Below are positions 37,819 through 51,325 of a DNA stretch of 64,000 bases, piece after piece (position 1 is the first letter of the stretch; each line of letters begins with the position of its first letter). Source of the DNA: Mytilus trossulus (Eukaryota). The notes under the pieces are model-generated. The model worked only from the letters and a program-made list of their open reading frames with translations, was not told the origin of the DNA and ran no database searches. Both the position numbers and the translations under genes were made by a program. The stretch spans positions 558,001-622,000 of the forward strand of contig NC_086385.1 of assembly GCF_036588685.1 (NCBI RefSeq), in the 5' to 3' direction.

Positions 37819-39122
37819 AGCAGGAGGAGCTTTCCCCGTTGCCGCATTCATCCTCTCCCCTTTTGCAGTTCATGTGATCCCCTTAGTTTTTATTACCTTG
37901 ACTTGTCTCTTTCATTCGATTTACGAGATTTGAACATTGTTAACTTCGTCGCTTTAATTCAAGTACCGTACTATATGACCACAAACTATTTACGAGTATA
38001 TGTACATACAGACACATTCCTGGTTTTGGAATGTCTTTCGTTTACAACCCCTCTCCCGTTCAAGAGACATTACAATATGATGTCATGTTATATACATGCT
38101 GTATGAATAACAGTATACTTTACTGGTAAATTATAAGTCCGGGATTTCGTTACCTCACATAATTTTAAACCTTCAATTATTTTATAGATATGAAGATTTG
38201 GTTTGAAAGTGTGGCTGTTCATGTCAGACAAATTATTTCAAACGGGAAAGTACATCCTAATTCTAACGGAGAGATTGTTTACCAAGCCAAGCAATGAAGA
38301 TACGTTTCGGGCTAACTTATCGATCCTGTAAATAAACGTTTTTTATAAAATGTTATCAACTCCATACTGTACTTAGATTTTTGAATTTTGTTTTATTGAT
38401 ATAGATATAAATTTGTTATGAGTAAATTAAAACCAAACTAAATATTATTGTTATATACATAAGTACATTCACGGTTCACGGTTCATATTGGCATTGCATA
38501 AGGTCGTATTTTTCTATGACTGCTTATGACATTTTTACATTTAACCCTATTGATGTTGGATAAGTACTGATTTCAGTCTTAGATTTTAGTACATGTCTAA
38601 ACAGTTTATAATAATATTAACGTTAAGATAAATTAGTGATCTGGTCCAGTTTGAAAAGGTCATAAATTATGATGTGTCCCAAAATTAATACACTACACTG
38701 TAAAAATATTTTTTGAATCCAACAGGTGCTAATTTTGGTTAAAATATTTTTGTTGTTTTCTTTTATAGATAAATTCACTACGTCATAACTGTTTTCTCGG
38801 ACCTTTATTTGTTTCATGTCTGCCTTGTTATATTACGTCACTTTTTTGTCGGGCTGTTCAATATAGTTTTTATAAGAATTCCTCGACTGTTTTATAAATT
38901 GTTTATATATTCCGTTATTGTAACTCTTAATTCAATGTTATGACTTTCGGCCTCATTTTACCTTCTCATAACCCTTTAAATAATCATGATTTTACGAAAT
39001 GGAAAGAAAACACTAAACACCAATCCTTCAAGAATATTCACGTGCTCTAAAAACCTTACTCCAAATATAAATTCAACCGCCGTCAATCGAAATTCCCCAT
39101 CTAAAGCAGTTTTAATAATTGA

Positions 39123-39430
39123 GTTAAAGGTGGCAATGCCTCTACAGACAGATTATTAAATAAAAATGTACGTGGATATCCACAAATATTTCCGTGCAAT
39201 GCCAGAAAATGACAAACCTGTTCTAGATTATCTTCTAATAATACTATAAGGTCAACAGTGAACGGGAGAGCTTTTTCGCTTTCCTTTTCCTGTGACATAA
39301 CATAGAAAACCCAAAGTCTCATTTATCTGGTTACATGAACATACCCAAAGTGTGGTATACAATATGTAGAACAAACAGGTTGGAAGTTTTTTTAAACGAA
39401 CACAGGAACATCTATACCGCTTCCGAAAAC
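39123..39430 (+). mobile_element. Penelope-like element GIY-YIG endonuclease fragment with upstream Cys cluster
   Basis: Manual translation from 39195: CNARK*QTCSRLSSNNTIRSTVNGRAF...CDIT*KTQSLIYLVT*TYPKCGIQYVEQTG, then after a +1 shift KRTQEH. This fits the PLE CxxxxCxxC...IYxxxC..CGxQYVGxT...R..EH pattern. Confidence 0.8.
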
Positions 39431-40017
39431 CTTAAAACTACTTAAAAACAATGGTAGATATCCATTATTATGTTAACTGGGTCAAATACCCATAAGTAAA
39501 TTACACGATCTTTTCAAAGAGTGTGACACCAGATGTTTTTAGCCCACTGTATGAAATGACACAAGTTTAATTGTCTTTAATAATAAATTTCTAGAAAAAT
39601 CACACGTACACGATGTAAACAAATTACCGAGATGGCGCGATACTGTCGCCGTCTATGTAAAAATCGCGATTGTCGCCCTTGATTTTATGGCCGTTATGTC
39701 ATATGGAAGGAGGCGCAGAACTGATCCGTGGCTTTCCCACTGTAAGAGTGATGAAATTATCAATAATTTAAAGTGCATAATTTCTTTGAAAAATCTATTT
39801 CCCAGATATAAGTAACATAATGCCAACTTTAAAAAAAAAGTAATTCAAAAACTACATTTGACTACCTGTATCATGTTAACTTGTATGTTGATCTATCGTA
39901 TTTGTATTTGCAAACACAAAGACCTTAACTAGTCGTTAAAGGCTCACTGGTAATTTAGAAGTTGAAGTCATTATAATTATCGATTTCGGTTTTTTGCTTT
40001 ATACTAGCCTCAATTTT

Positions 40018-40243
40018 AACACGACGTTGCCACTTGTGGAGAAGGATTTCCTTACCCTGCCGGAGCAATTGTGATCATAAGAAGTTGTTTGTGGGGTTGG
40101 TGTTGCTTAGTCTTTAGTTTTCTATGTTGTATTTTTTTGTATTATTATTTGTCTGTTTGTCTTTTTATTTTTACGCCATGGCGTTGTCAGTTTATCCTCG
40201 TTCTACGAGTTTGAGACTGTTAATTTCGGTATATTTCGCCCAT
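40018..40243 (+). mobile_element. PLE 3'-end (SINE-like) fragment, diverged
   Basis: Aligns to 53803-54034. Further copies lie at 40963-41120 and 52948-53165. Confidence 0.75.
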
Positions 40244-41755
40244 CTCATGAAGCGAAATTAAGACATCCTTATATATAGTTTTTTTGTATTCATCTTCGTT
40301 CAGTGTTTAATGTCGTTGAAATAAAAATGTCATCAACGTATTCAACTTTTTCCTTCATGGTTTAATCAAATGAAAAAAGGGCGCATAAATGTTTTTGACA
40401 TTAATCTATAAATGATACGTTTATGAAGGACACTTTTTCTTAAATCAATTTATTCATCATTTATTTTAATTGTTCTCAACTCATGTAACTTTACGGATCA
40501 ACATTTCAATGGCGGATATCTAAAAAAACACCAAAAACGAAGTCGGTAAGTTTCACCGATTATAGAATCAATGTGTCAATTTTTAATACCATTCTTTACA
40601 TGTATATCTTGGTGAGATCACTAAATGCCACATTTCAACATAATACCAACCACTAGTATTATTGTATATGACAACTAATTTGTCCTTTTGTAACGCAACA
40701 ATAGTTTACCCATGGGTAAATGAAAATGACACTTGGTTAATTTCGTTTATCAGAAGCACTTTCTTACTTTCGACAGGAACGCTTAAATCAAAACATATTG
40801 AAAGTCGGGGATGTAGAAAATCTAGATGTAGATCATGTAACCAAAAATGGTATAAATCTAGAGCAAAGCTCGTCTATTGATTTTACCATGAAATATCCAT
40901 TGCTGTTCATTAACATTATGTCATACCAGTAAGCAAACAGGAAACAACAATTCCTTAATTTGTCATGTTTGGGTTCGTGTTGTTAATTCTTTAGTTTTCA
41001 ATGTTGTATCATGTGTACTATTGTTTGTCTGTTTGTCTTTTTAATTTTTTAGCCATGGTGTTGTCAGTTTGTTTTAGATTTATTAGTTAAACTGTTCCTT
41101 TGGTATTTGTTGTCTCTCTTGTGTAACTCTATACCATAGACCTTCTGAAAATACTTGCACGTTAAGTCTAACTCGTTTTTTCTGTAGCCAAGCGACCCAA
41201 GCTCCTAACCGTGCATTGCTATCACAGTGGCGGGTATCGGTGGTGGATTCGGGATTTGAGTAACCTCAAGAAAAATAAATGAAAACGGAACGAATGAATT
41301 AAATGAAAGGATGTTATATTTATTGTATTTATTGATTTATTTTTTAAATCTATATGATGGTTTAAATTTGTCTAGTTTCATAATGAAAATAATTAAAATG
41401 AAGATGAATACCGTACAGCATTCATGATGGTCATTGTCAATAGAGTGTATATATATTTGTCGTTTGTTTGAAACGCCTTTCAATATACAATATATTGTTT
41501 TTGCTTCTTATTAAGAACCATTATATGTTCAAATGAATGTGTTAAGTAAAAACGTAAATATTTTAAAAGCTTGATGTTTAAAGGTACATAAAAGTCACAG
41601 CCAAACTCATTTACCCGAATTTTCAACGTGGAATTATAACATAAACAAACTTCATATCGGGACATATTAATAAGTAATGAACAAAATTACGAATTAAAGG
41701 ATACTAAATGTATAAATTTACCAATAAAGCAGAACGTTATCCTTTTCTGTTATCG

Positions 41756-43933
41756 TTACTTTCTCATTTGTACGGCTTTGTCTGGTTGTTCTATCGTATT
41801 CATGTCTACATCATGAGTTTGACTTTGTCCTGGGTGTTCTATCGTATTCATGTCTACATCATGAGTATGAATTTGTCCTGCGTGTTCTATCGCATTCATG
41901 TCTACCTCATATGTACGGCTTTGTCCTGCGTGCTCTATCGTATTTATCTCTACTTCATGTGTACGGCTTTGTCCTGGTTGTTCTATCGTAGTCATCTGTA
42001 CCTCATGTGTACGGATGTTTCCTGGTTGTTCAATCGTATTCATCTCTACCTCATGTGGACGGCTTTGTCCTGGTTGTTCTAACGTTTTCATCTCTACTTC
42101 GTGTGTACGGCTTTGTCCTGGGTGTTCCATCGTATTCATCTCTACCTCATGTGTACGGCTTTGTCCCGGTTGTTTTGAGGTATCCATCACTACCTCATGT
42201 GTACGGCTTTGTCCTGCTTGTTCTAACGTATTCATATCTATCTCGTGTGTACGGCTTTTTCCTGGTTGTTCTATCGTATTCATCTCTTCCTCATGTGTAC
42301 GGCTTTGTCCTGGTTGTTCCATCGTATTCATCTCTTCCTCATGTGTACGGCTTTGTCCTAGTTGTTCCATCGTATTCATCTCTTCCTCATGTGTACGGCT
42401 TTGTCCTGGTTGTTCCATCGTATTTATCTCTTCCTCATGTGTACGGCTTTGTCCTGGTTGTTCTATCGTATTCATCTCTTCCTCATGTGTACGGCTTTGT
42501 CCTGGTTGTTCCATCGTATTCATCTGTACCTCATGTGTACGGCTTTGTCCTGGTTGTTTTAACGTATTCATCACATCCTCATATGTTCGGCTTTTTCCTA
42601 GTTGTTCCATTGTATTCATCTGTACCACATGTTTACGGCTGTTTCCTGGTTGTTCCATCATACTCATCTGTACCTCATGTGTACGGCTTTGTCCTTGTTG
42701 TTCCATCATATTCATCACTATCTCATTTGCCCTGATTTTCCCTGATTTTTCCGTTGTTGTCATCGCTGTCCTGTCTGTTGGCTGTGTTCTACCATGTGGA
42801 TTTTTCCTTTTTTGGTGAATTTGATCCTTGAGTGTACAGTGGGTAATTATTTCTTTTAGGAGCAAAACGATTTCTTTCCTCATTTTTGTTGACATCATAA
42901 TGTAGATGATAAAATTTGACATACACCCAATAATTGTAAAAAGTTTTATACCTTCCATAAACCAAGTAGCGATGTTAAAGTAGTAAACAAATTCGCTATT
43001 TATTATATTTGGATATAAGAAATAAGTCAAACGTCCTGCCATCTGTTGCTCGAAGCTGTGTATCACCCATTTGCTATTACTGGTTAAAACATTATCCCCG
43101 GGGTTATTAAAATGATATAAACACCAACATACGAACACAATTACTTTTGGAACTTCTGTAATGAAGAACACAATAAGAACTGCAATGATCATTGCAACTG
43201 ATCTTCTTTCTTGACTTCTTTGTTCTGTCATCCGACCCCTGAACTTGTTAGTGATTAACTTGTAGACGATGAATATTGTAGATATCAGCATGACCAGACA
43301 ACAGCTTGTCAAAAGAACGGTTTGCATCAGGAGATATGTTACAGAGGAGTATTCTAATATATTGTCACCTCCGGCATTAACAATACAAATGTCTGTGCCA
43401 TCGTGATACTTGTATTTCTCAGACCAAATGCTGAAATGTCGTGGAATACCTATTGCTATGGACAATACGAAGCACATAGCACAACATGTTACGGCTTTTT
43501 GTTTTGTCAGCTCATTTTTAGTCCAAACGGGAAAGAGAATGGCTATGACTTTCTGTATCCCGAGACATGTTGTGAGCATTGTTGATACATTGTGGAATGT
43601 GAAGGATATTATAGAGAGATGAGGAGAAATAGAACAATACGGATATGGTAAATAACACGTGTAAGCTTCAAAGTCATAGTAAACTTCCAAATTACAAACA
43701 TATTGTGACTGAAATATTAGTTGTAACCCATAACATGAAATCGCCGTTAATATATCAGCTGCTGCTAAACCCTGCAGAAGTATTGTAGCAGGTGAACGCA
43801 AATTTTTACGACAGAGAATAACAAATATGATGATGTTCATTAGCATTGAAACATAGGATATAACAGAACTAGCACGGAACATACCCAGTAAATATTTGTC
43901 CAAGTCAACAAAAAAATTATCTAAACCACTCAT
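41756..43933 (-). CDS. Intronless class A GPCR with repeat tail, paralogue 2, 725 aa
   Basis: Same 7TM motifs as paralogue 1. The tail has 20 full 16-aa repeats plus a frameshifted 21st. Confidence 0.9.
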   Translation of the reverse strand: MSGLDNFFVDLDKYLLGMFRASSVISYVSMLMNIIIFVILCRKNLRSPATILLQGLAAADILTAISCYGLQLIFQSQYVCNLEVYYDFEAYTCYLPYPYCSISPHLSIISFTFHNVSTMLTTCLGIQKVIAILFPVWTKNELTKQKAVTCCAMCFVLSIAIGIPRHFSIWSEKYKYHDGTDICIVNAGGDNILEYSSVTYLLMQTVLLTSCCLVMLISTIFIVYKLITNKFRGRMTEQRSQERRSVAMIIAVLIVFFITEVPKVIVFVCWCLYHFNNPGDNVLTSNSKWVIHSFEQQMAGRLTYFLYPNIINSEFVYYFNIATWFMEGIKLFTIIGCMSNFIIYIMMSTKMRKEIVLLLKEIITHCTLKDQIHQKRKNPHGRTQPTDRTAMTTTEKSGKIRANEIVMNMMEQQGQSRTHEVQMSMMEQPGNSRKHVVQMNTMEQLGKSRTYEDVMNTLKQPGQSRTHEVQMNTMEQPGQSRTHEEEMNTIEQPGQSRTHEEEINTMEQPGQSRTHEEEMNTMEQLGQSRTHEEEMNTMEQPGQSRTHEEEMNTIEQPGKSRTHEIDMNTLEQAGQSRTHEVVMDTSKQPGQSRTHEVEMNTMEHPGQSRTHEVEMKTLEQPGQSRPHEVEMNTIEQPGNIRTHEVQMTTIEQPGQSRTHEVEINTIEHAGQSRTYEVDMNAIEHAGQIHTHDVDMNTIEHPGQSQTHDVDMNTIEQPDKAVQMRK
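41757..42763 (-). repeat. Coding 48-bp minisatellite, ~21 units
   Basis: Counted in the translation. Confidence 0.95.
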
Positions 43934-45339
43934 TATTATATTGGCTGATATTGATTTTAAATACGAATACTCATCGAATTTTCGATACGCACATCTGAAA
44001 GCTTTATCAACTATCTTATAACAAAAGTGAAAAGGTAAATACGTTATCCTAATGTCCTAATGATCCTATTTCCATGACGATATAAATCCCATGGACAACA
44101 AACGATACTGTGTCATCGGAGTCTAATTTAGTCATCATTTGTTTGGACGGAAACTGTTGTTTTGAGTGAACGGAAGATATACAGCTCAATATTGTATTTA
44201 GTCCCCTTTATATCAAACTCTAAACTTAAAACATCTCAAACACAGATAGATGTGTATATATCAAATGTTGTTATTTTACTTGTTTTTAATACCATTAATG
44301 ACATGTTTATCTTATTGAGATCACTAAATGCCACATTGCATCATAATACCAACCATTAATATTAATGTATATGACAACGTATTTGTCCTTTTGTAAAATA
44401 GCAATAGTTCACCCATGGGTAAATGAAAATAACACTTTGTTAATTTCGTTTATCCGAAGCACTTTTCTGATTTTGTTTTCGACAGGAACGCTTAAACCAA
44501 AACATATTGAAAGCCGGGGGATGTAGAAAACCTAGATGTAGATATTGTTACCAAGATGGTATAAATCAAGAGCAAAATTCGTCCATTGATTATAACATGA
44601 AATATCAATTGCTGTTCATTAACATAACGGTTTACCGTCAAACAAACAGTAAACAACAATTCCAAAAATGCCTAGATAATAGAAATACTATGACCTTGAC
44701 TTCGGTCATCCGACAGTAAGGTCATTCGATATGATGAGCAGGAAATTGAGAATGGGAATGAGGAATGTGTCAAATAGACAACAACCCGACCATAGAAAAA
44801 AACAACAGCAGAAGGTCACCAACAGCTCTGCAATGTAACGAGAAATTCCCGCACACTAGATTGTACATAGTTTTTGTAGTAAATAGATACTATTCTAGAG
44901 ATTTCAGTATAGTCTGCTTAATATTCATAATATATCTTGGTACTTTTTGCAATCTAATTTTGAAAAATTATTTTTACTATGTACATACCGTTATTTAGAG
45001 GGAAACAATTCTGAAAAGTTTCGTCAATGTATATCTTACGCTTCAGTTCGGATACTCTCTGTAAAGTCAAACTAATGAAGTTTAGTCAAGGTCAATGATG
45101 TACATAACTTACTATATATTTATGAATGGTTCAATTAACTTCAGAAACAACTCCGTGATTGTAACATAATATATCCATTGCTCTGCATTCCCTTGAAGTC
45201 ATAAAGATATACAAATACGAACACCTATACCAAATGTATCATCAAGGTAATATAAAAACCTGATTACTTTCGTTTGAAATTAAAAGATGCTGCAGACGAG
45301 TGTCCATGTTGCCTAATGTATGTAATTCAACATTTAGTT

Positions 45340-48300
45340 TTTTTAGTCATTTCCAAGGACAATCAAGAAAAGGCTCTGGGAGCATACACTACAAAAGTCT
45401 AAAAGTCTGAAAGTCTGACTCGTGTCTTAATTTTACTTCATAAATTGTAATTAATATCAAAGTTGTATGAGATTTACTCGACATATTCTCGACATTCTGA
45501 ATATGGTCTTAAAATTTCTAATTCCTGACATTTGAATACTGTCTTGAAATTTCTCGACATATTCTCGACATTCTTTTTTTTTCTCAGTATGGCTTGACAA
45601 ATTTTGAACATTTTTAATTGTGTCTTAAATTAATTGACAATTCTGAATTTTACCAATTTTCTTAGTCATTTCCAAGGACAATCAAGAAAAGGCTCTGGGA
45701 GCATACACTACAAAGGTCTAAAAGTCTGAAAGTTTGACTCGTGTCTTAATTTTTCTTGACAAAATCTAATTAATATCAAAGTTGTATGAAATTTACTCGA
45801 CATATTCTCGACATTCTGAATATGGTCTTAAAATTTCTAATTCCTGACATTTGAATACTGTCTTGAAATTTCTCGACATATTCTTGACATTCTTTTTTTT
45901 TTTCGTAGTATGGCTTGACAAATTTTGAACATTTTTAATTGTGTCTTAAATTAATTGACAATTCTGAGTTTTACAAATTTTCTTAGTCATTTCCAAGGAC
46001 AATCAAGAAAAGGCTCTGGGAGCATACACTACAAAGGTCTAAAAGTCTGAAAGTCTGACTCGTGTCTTAATTTTTCTTGACAAATTCTAATTAATATCAA
46101 AGTTGTATGAAATTTACTCGACATATTCTCGACATTCTGAATATGGTCTTAAAATTTCTAATTCCTGACATTTGAATACTGTCTTGAAATTTCTCGACAT
46201 ATTCTCGACATTCTTTTTTTTCTCAGTATGGCTTGACAAATTTTAAACATTTTTAATTGTGTCTTAAATTAATTGACAATTCTGAGTTTTACAAATTTTC
46301 TTAGTCATTTCCAAGGACAATCAAGAAAGGCTCTCGGAGCATACACTACAAAGGTCTAAAAGTCTGAAAGTCTGACTCGTGTCTTAATTTTTCTTGACAA
46401 ATTCTAATTAATATCAAAGTTGTATGAAATTTACTCGACATATTCTCGACATTCTGAATATTGTCTTAAAATTTCTAATTCCTGACATTTGAATACTGTC
46501 TTGAAATTTCTCGACATATTCTTGACATTTTTTTTTTCTCAGTATGGCTTGACAAATTTGAACATTTTTAATTGTGTCTTAAATTAATTGACAATTCTGA
46601 GTTTTACAAATTTTCTTAGTCATTTCCAAGGACAATCAAGAAAAGGCTCTGGGAGCATACACTACAAAGGTCTAAAAGTCTGAAAGTCTGACTCGTGTCT
46701 TAATTTTTCTTGACAAATTCTAATTAATATCAAAGTTGTATGAAATTTACTCGACATATTTTCGACATTCTGAATATGGTCTTAAAATTTCTAATTCCTG
46801 ACATTTGAATACTGTCTTCAAATTTCTCGACATATTCTCGACATTCTTTTTTTTCTCAGTATGGCTTGACAAATTTTGAACATTTTTAATTGTGTCTTAA
46901 ATTAATTGACAATTCTGAGTTTTACAAATTTTCTTAGTCATTTCCAAGGACAATCAAGAAAAGGCTCTGGGAGCATACACTACAAAGGTCTACAAGTCTG
47001 AAAGTCTGACTCGTGTCTTAATTTTTCTTGACAAATTCTAATTAATATCAAAGTTGTATGAAATTTACTCGACATATTCTCGACATTCTGAATATTGTCT
47101 TAAAATTTCTAATTCCTGACATTTGAATACTGTCTTGAAATTTCTCGACATATTCTTGACATTTTTTTTTTCTCAGTATGGCTTGACAAATTTGAACATT
47201 TTTAATTGTGTCTTAAATTAATTGACAATTCTGAGTTTTACAAATTTTCTTAGTCATTTCCAAGGACAATCAAGAAAAGGCTCTGGGAGCATACACTACA
47301 AAGGTCTAAAAGTCTGAAAGTCTGACTCGTGTCTTAATTTTTCTTGACAAATTCTAATTAATATCAAAGTTGTATGAAATTTACTCGACATATTTTCGAC
47401 ATTCTGAATATGGTCTTAAAATTTCTAATTCCTGACATTTGAATACTGTCTTCAAATTTCTCGACATATTCTCGACATTCTTTTTTTTCTCAGTATGGCT
47501 TGACAAATTTTGAACATTTTTAATTGTGTCTTAAATTAATTGACAATTCTGAGTTTTACAAATTTTCTTAGTCATTTCCAAGGACAATCAAGAAAAGGCT
47601 CTGGGAGCATACACTACATAGGTCTAAAAGTCTGAAAGTCTGACTCGTGTCTTAATTTTTCTTGACAAATTCTAATTAATATCAAAGTTGTATGAAATTT
47701 ACTCGACATATTCTCGACATTCTGAATATGGTCTTAAAATTTCTAATTCCTGACATTTGAATACTGTCTTGAAATTTCTCGACATATTCTCGACATTAAT
47801 TTTTTTTTCTCAGTATGGCTTGACAAATTTTGAACATTTTTAATTGTGTCTTAAATAAATTGACAATTCTGAGTTTTACAAATTTTCTTAGTCATTTCCA
47901 AGGACAATCAAGAAAGGCTCTCGGAGCATACACTACAAAGGTCTAAAAGTCTGAAAGTCTGACTCGTGTCTTAATTTTTCTTGACAAATTCTAATTAATA
48001 TCAAAGTTGTATGAAATTTACTCGACATATTCTTGACATTCTGAATATGGTCTTAAAATTTCTAATTCCTGACATTTGAATACTGTCTTGAAATTTCTCG
48101 ACATATTCTCGACATTATTTTTTTTCTTTCTTAGTATGGCTTGACAAATTTTGAACATTTTTAATTGTGTCTTAAATTAATTGACAATTCTGAGTTTTAC
48201 AAATTTTCTTAGTCATTTCCAAGGAAAATCAAGAAAAGGCTCTGGGAGCATACACTACAAAGGTCTACAAGTCTGAAAGTCTGACTCGTGTCTTAATTTT

Positions 48301-51184
48301 TCTTGACAAATTCTAATTAATATCAAAGTTGTATGAAATTTACTCGACATATTCTCGACATTCTGAATATTGTCTTAAAATTTCTAATTCCTGACATTTG
48401 AATACTGTCTTGAAATTTCTCGACATATTCTTGACATTCTTTTTTTTTCTCAGTATGGCTTGACAAATTTGAACATTTTTAATTGTGTCTTAAATTAATT
48501 GACAATTCTGAGTTTTACAAATTTTCTTAGTCATTTCCAAGGACAATCAAGAAAAGGCTCTGGGAGCATACACTACAAAGGTCTAAAAGTCTGAAAGTCT
48601 GACTCGTGTCTTAATTTTTCTTGACAAATTCTAATTAATATCAAAGTTGTATGAAATTTACTCGACATATTCTCGACATTCTGAATATGGTCTTAAAATT
48701 TCTAATTCCTGACATTTGAATACTGTCTTGAAATTTCTCGACATATTCTCAACATTCTTTTTTTTTCTCAGTATGGCTTGACAAATTTTGAACATTTTTA
48801 ATTGTGTCTTAAATTAATTGACAATTCTGAGTTTTACAAATTTTCTTAGTCATTTCCAAGGACAATCAAGAAAAGGCTCTGGGAGCATACACTACAAAGG
48901 TCTAAAAGTCTGAAAGTCTGACTCGTGTCTTAATTTTTCTTGACAAATTCTAATTAATATCAAAGTTGTATGAAATTTACTCGACATATTTTCGACATTC
49001 TGAATATGGTCTTAAAATTTCTAATTCCTGACATTTGAATACTGTCTTCAAATTTCTCGACATATTCTCGACATTCTTTTTTTTCTCAGTATGGCTTGAC
49101 AAATTTTAAACATTTTTAATTGTGTCTTAAATTAATTGACAATTCTGAGTTTTACAAATTTTCTTAGTCATTTCCAAGGACAATCAAGAAAAGGCTCTGG
49201 GAGCATACACTACATAGGTCTAAAAGTCTGAAAGTCTGACTCGTGTCTTAATTTTTCTTGACAAATTCTAATTAATATCAAAGTTGTATGAAATTTACTC
49301 GACATATTCTCGACATTCTGAATATGGTCTTAAAATTTCTAATTCCTGACATTTGAATACTGTCTTGAAATTTCTCGACATATTCTCGACATTAATTTTT
49401 TTTTCTCAGTATGGCTTGACAAATTTTGAACATTTTTAATTGTGTCTTAAATAAATTGACAATTCTGAGTTTTACAAATTTTCTTAGTCATTTCCAAGGA
49501 CAACCAAGAAAGGCTCTCGGAGCATACACTACAAAGGTCTAAAAGTCTGAAAGTCTGACTCGTGTCTTAATTTTTCTTGACAAATTCTAATTAATATCAA
49601 AGTTGTATGAAATTTACTCGACATATTCTTGACATTCTGAATATGGTCTTAAAATTTCTAATTCCTGACATTTGAATACTGTCTTGAAATTTCTCGACAT
49701 ATTCTCGACATTATTTTTTTTCTTTCTTAGTATGGCTTGACAAATTTTGAACATTTTTAATTGTGTCTTAAATTAATTGACAATTCTGAGTTTTACAAAT
49801 TTTCTTAGTCATTTCCAAGGAAAATCAAGAAAAGGCTCTGGGAGCATACACTACAAAGGTCTACAAGTCTGAAAGTCTGACTCGTGTCTTAATTTTTCTT
49901 GACAAATTCTAATTAATATCAAAGTTGTATGAAATTTACTCGACATATTCTCGACATTCTGAATATTGTCTTAAAATTTCTAATTCCTGACATTTGAATA
50001 CTGTCTTGAAATTTCTCGACATATTCTTGACATTCTTTTTTTTTCTCAGTATGGCTTGACAAATTTGAACATTTTTAATTGTGTCTTAAATTAATTGACA
50101 ATTCTGAGTTTTACAAATTTTCTTAGTCATTTCCAAGGACAATCAAGAAAAGGCTCTGGGAGCATACACTACAAAGGTCTAAAAGTCTGAAAGTCTGACT
50201 CGTGTCTTAATTTTTCTTGACAAATTCTAATTAATATCAAAGTTGTATGAAATTTACTCGACATATTCTCGACATTCTGAATATGGTCTTAAAATTTCTA
50301 ATTCCTGACATTTGAATACTGTCTTGAAATTTCTCGACATATTCTCAACATTCTTTTTTTTTCTCCGTATGGCTTGACAAATTTTGAACATTTTTAATTG
50401 TGTCTTAAATTAATTGACAATTCTGAGTTTTACAAATTTTCTTAGTCATTTCCAAGGACAATCAAGAAAAGGCTCTGGGAGCATACACTACAAAGGTCTA
50501 CAAGTCTGAAAGTCTGACTCGTGTCTTAATTTTTCTTGACAAATTCTAATTAATATCAAAGTTGTATGAAATTTACTCGACATATTCTCGACATTCTGAA
50601 TATTGTCTTAAAATTTCTAATTCCTGACATTTGAATACTGTCTTGAAATTTCTCGACATATTCTTGACATTCTTTTTTTTTCTCAGTATGGCTTGACAAA
50701 TTTGAACATTTCTAATTGTGTCTTAAATTAATTGACAATTCTGAGTTTTACAAATTTTCTTAGTCATTTCCAAGGACAATCAAGAAAAGGCTCTGGGAGC
50801 ATACACTACAAAGGTCTAAAAGTCTGAAAGTGTGACTCGTGTCTTAATTTTTCTTGACAAATTCTAATTAATATCAAAGTTGTATGAAATTTACTCGACA
50901 TATTCTCGACATTCTGAATATGGTCTTAAAATTTCTAATTCCTGACATTTGAATACTGTCTTGAAATTTCTCGACATATTCTCAACATTCTTTTTTTTTT
51001 CTCAGTATGGCTTGACAAATTTTGAACATTTTTAATTGTGTCTTAAATTAATTGACAATTCTGAGTTTTACAAATTTTCTTAGTCATTTCCAAGGACAAT
51101 CAAGAAAAGGCTCTGGGAGCATACACTACAAAGGTCTAAAAGTCTGAAAGTCTGACTCGTGTCTTAATTTTTCTTGACAAATTC
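45340..51184. repeat. ~319-bp satellite, ~18.3 near-identical units
   Basis: GTCATTTCCAAGGACAATCAAG recurs 19 times from 45346 to 51083 at 315-321-bp spacing. Confidence 0.97.
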
Positions 51185-51325
51185 AGATCACAATAATTAC
51201 AAATCCAAACAAGAAAAAAGTTGAAATGCATTGTGGACCCAAAATTCCTAAATGTTGTGCCAAATACGACTAAGGTAATATATTCCTGGGATAAAAAAGT
51301 CCTTCGTTTTTCGAAAAATTCAAAA
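51185..51325 (-). mobile_element. Diverged retrozyme fragment (no hammerhead) terminating the 319-bp array
   Basis: Matches 12098-12218 (AAAAGTTGAA...GTTGTGCCAAATACG.CTAAGGTAAT). Confidence 0.7.
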
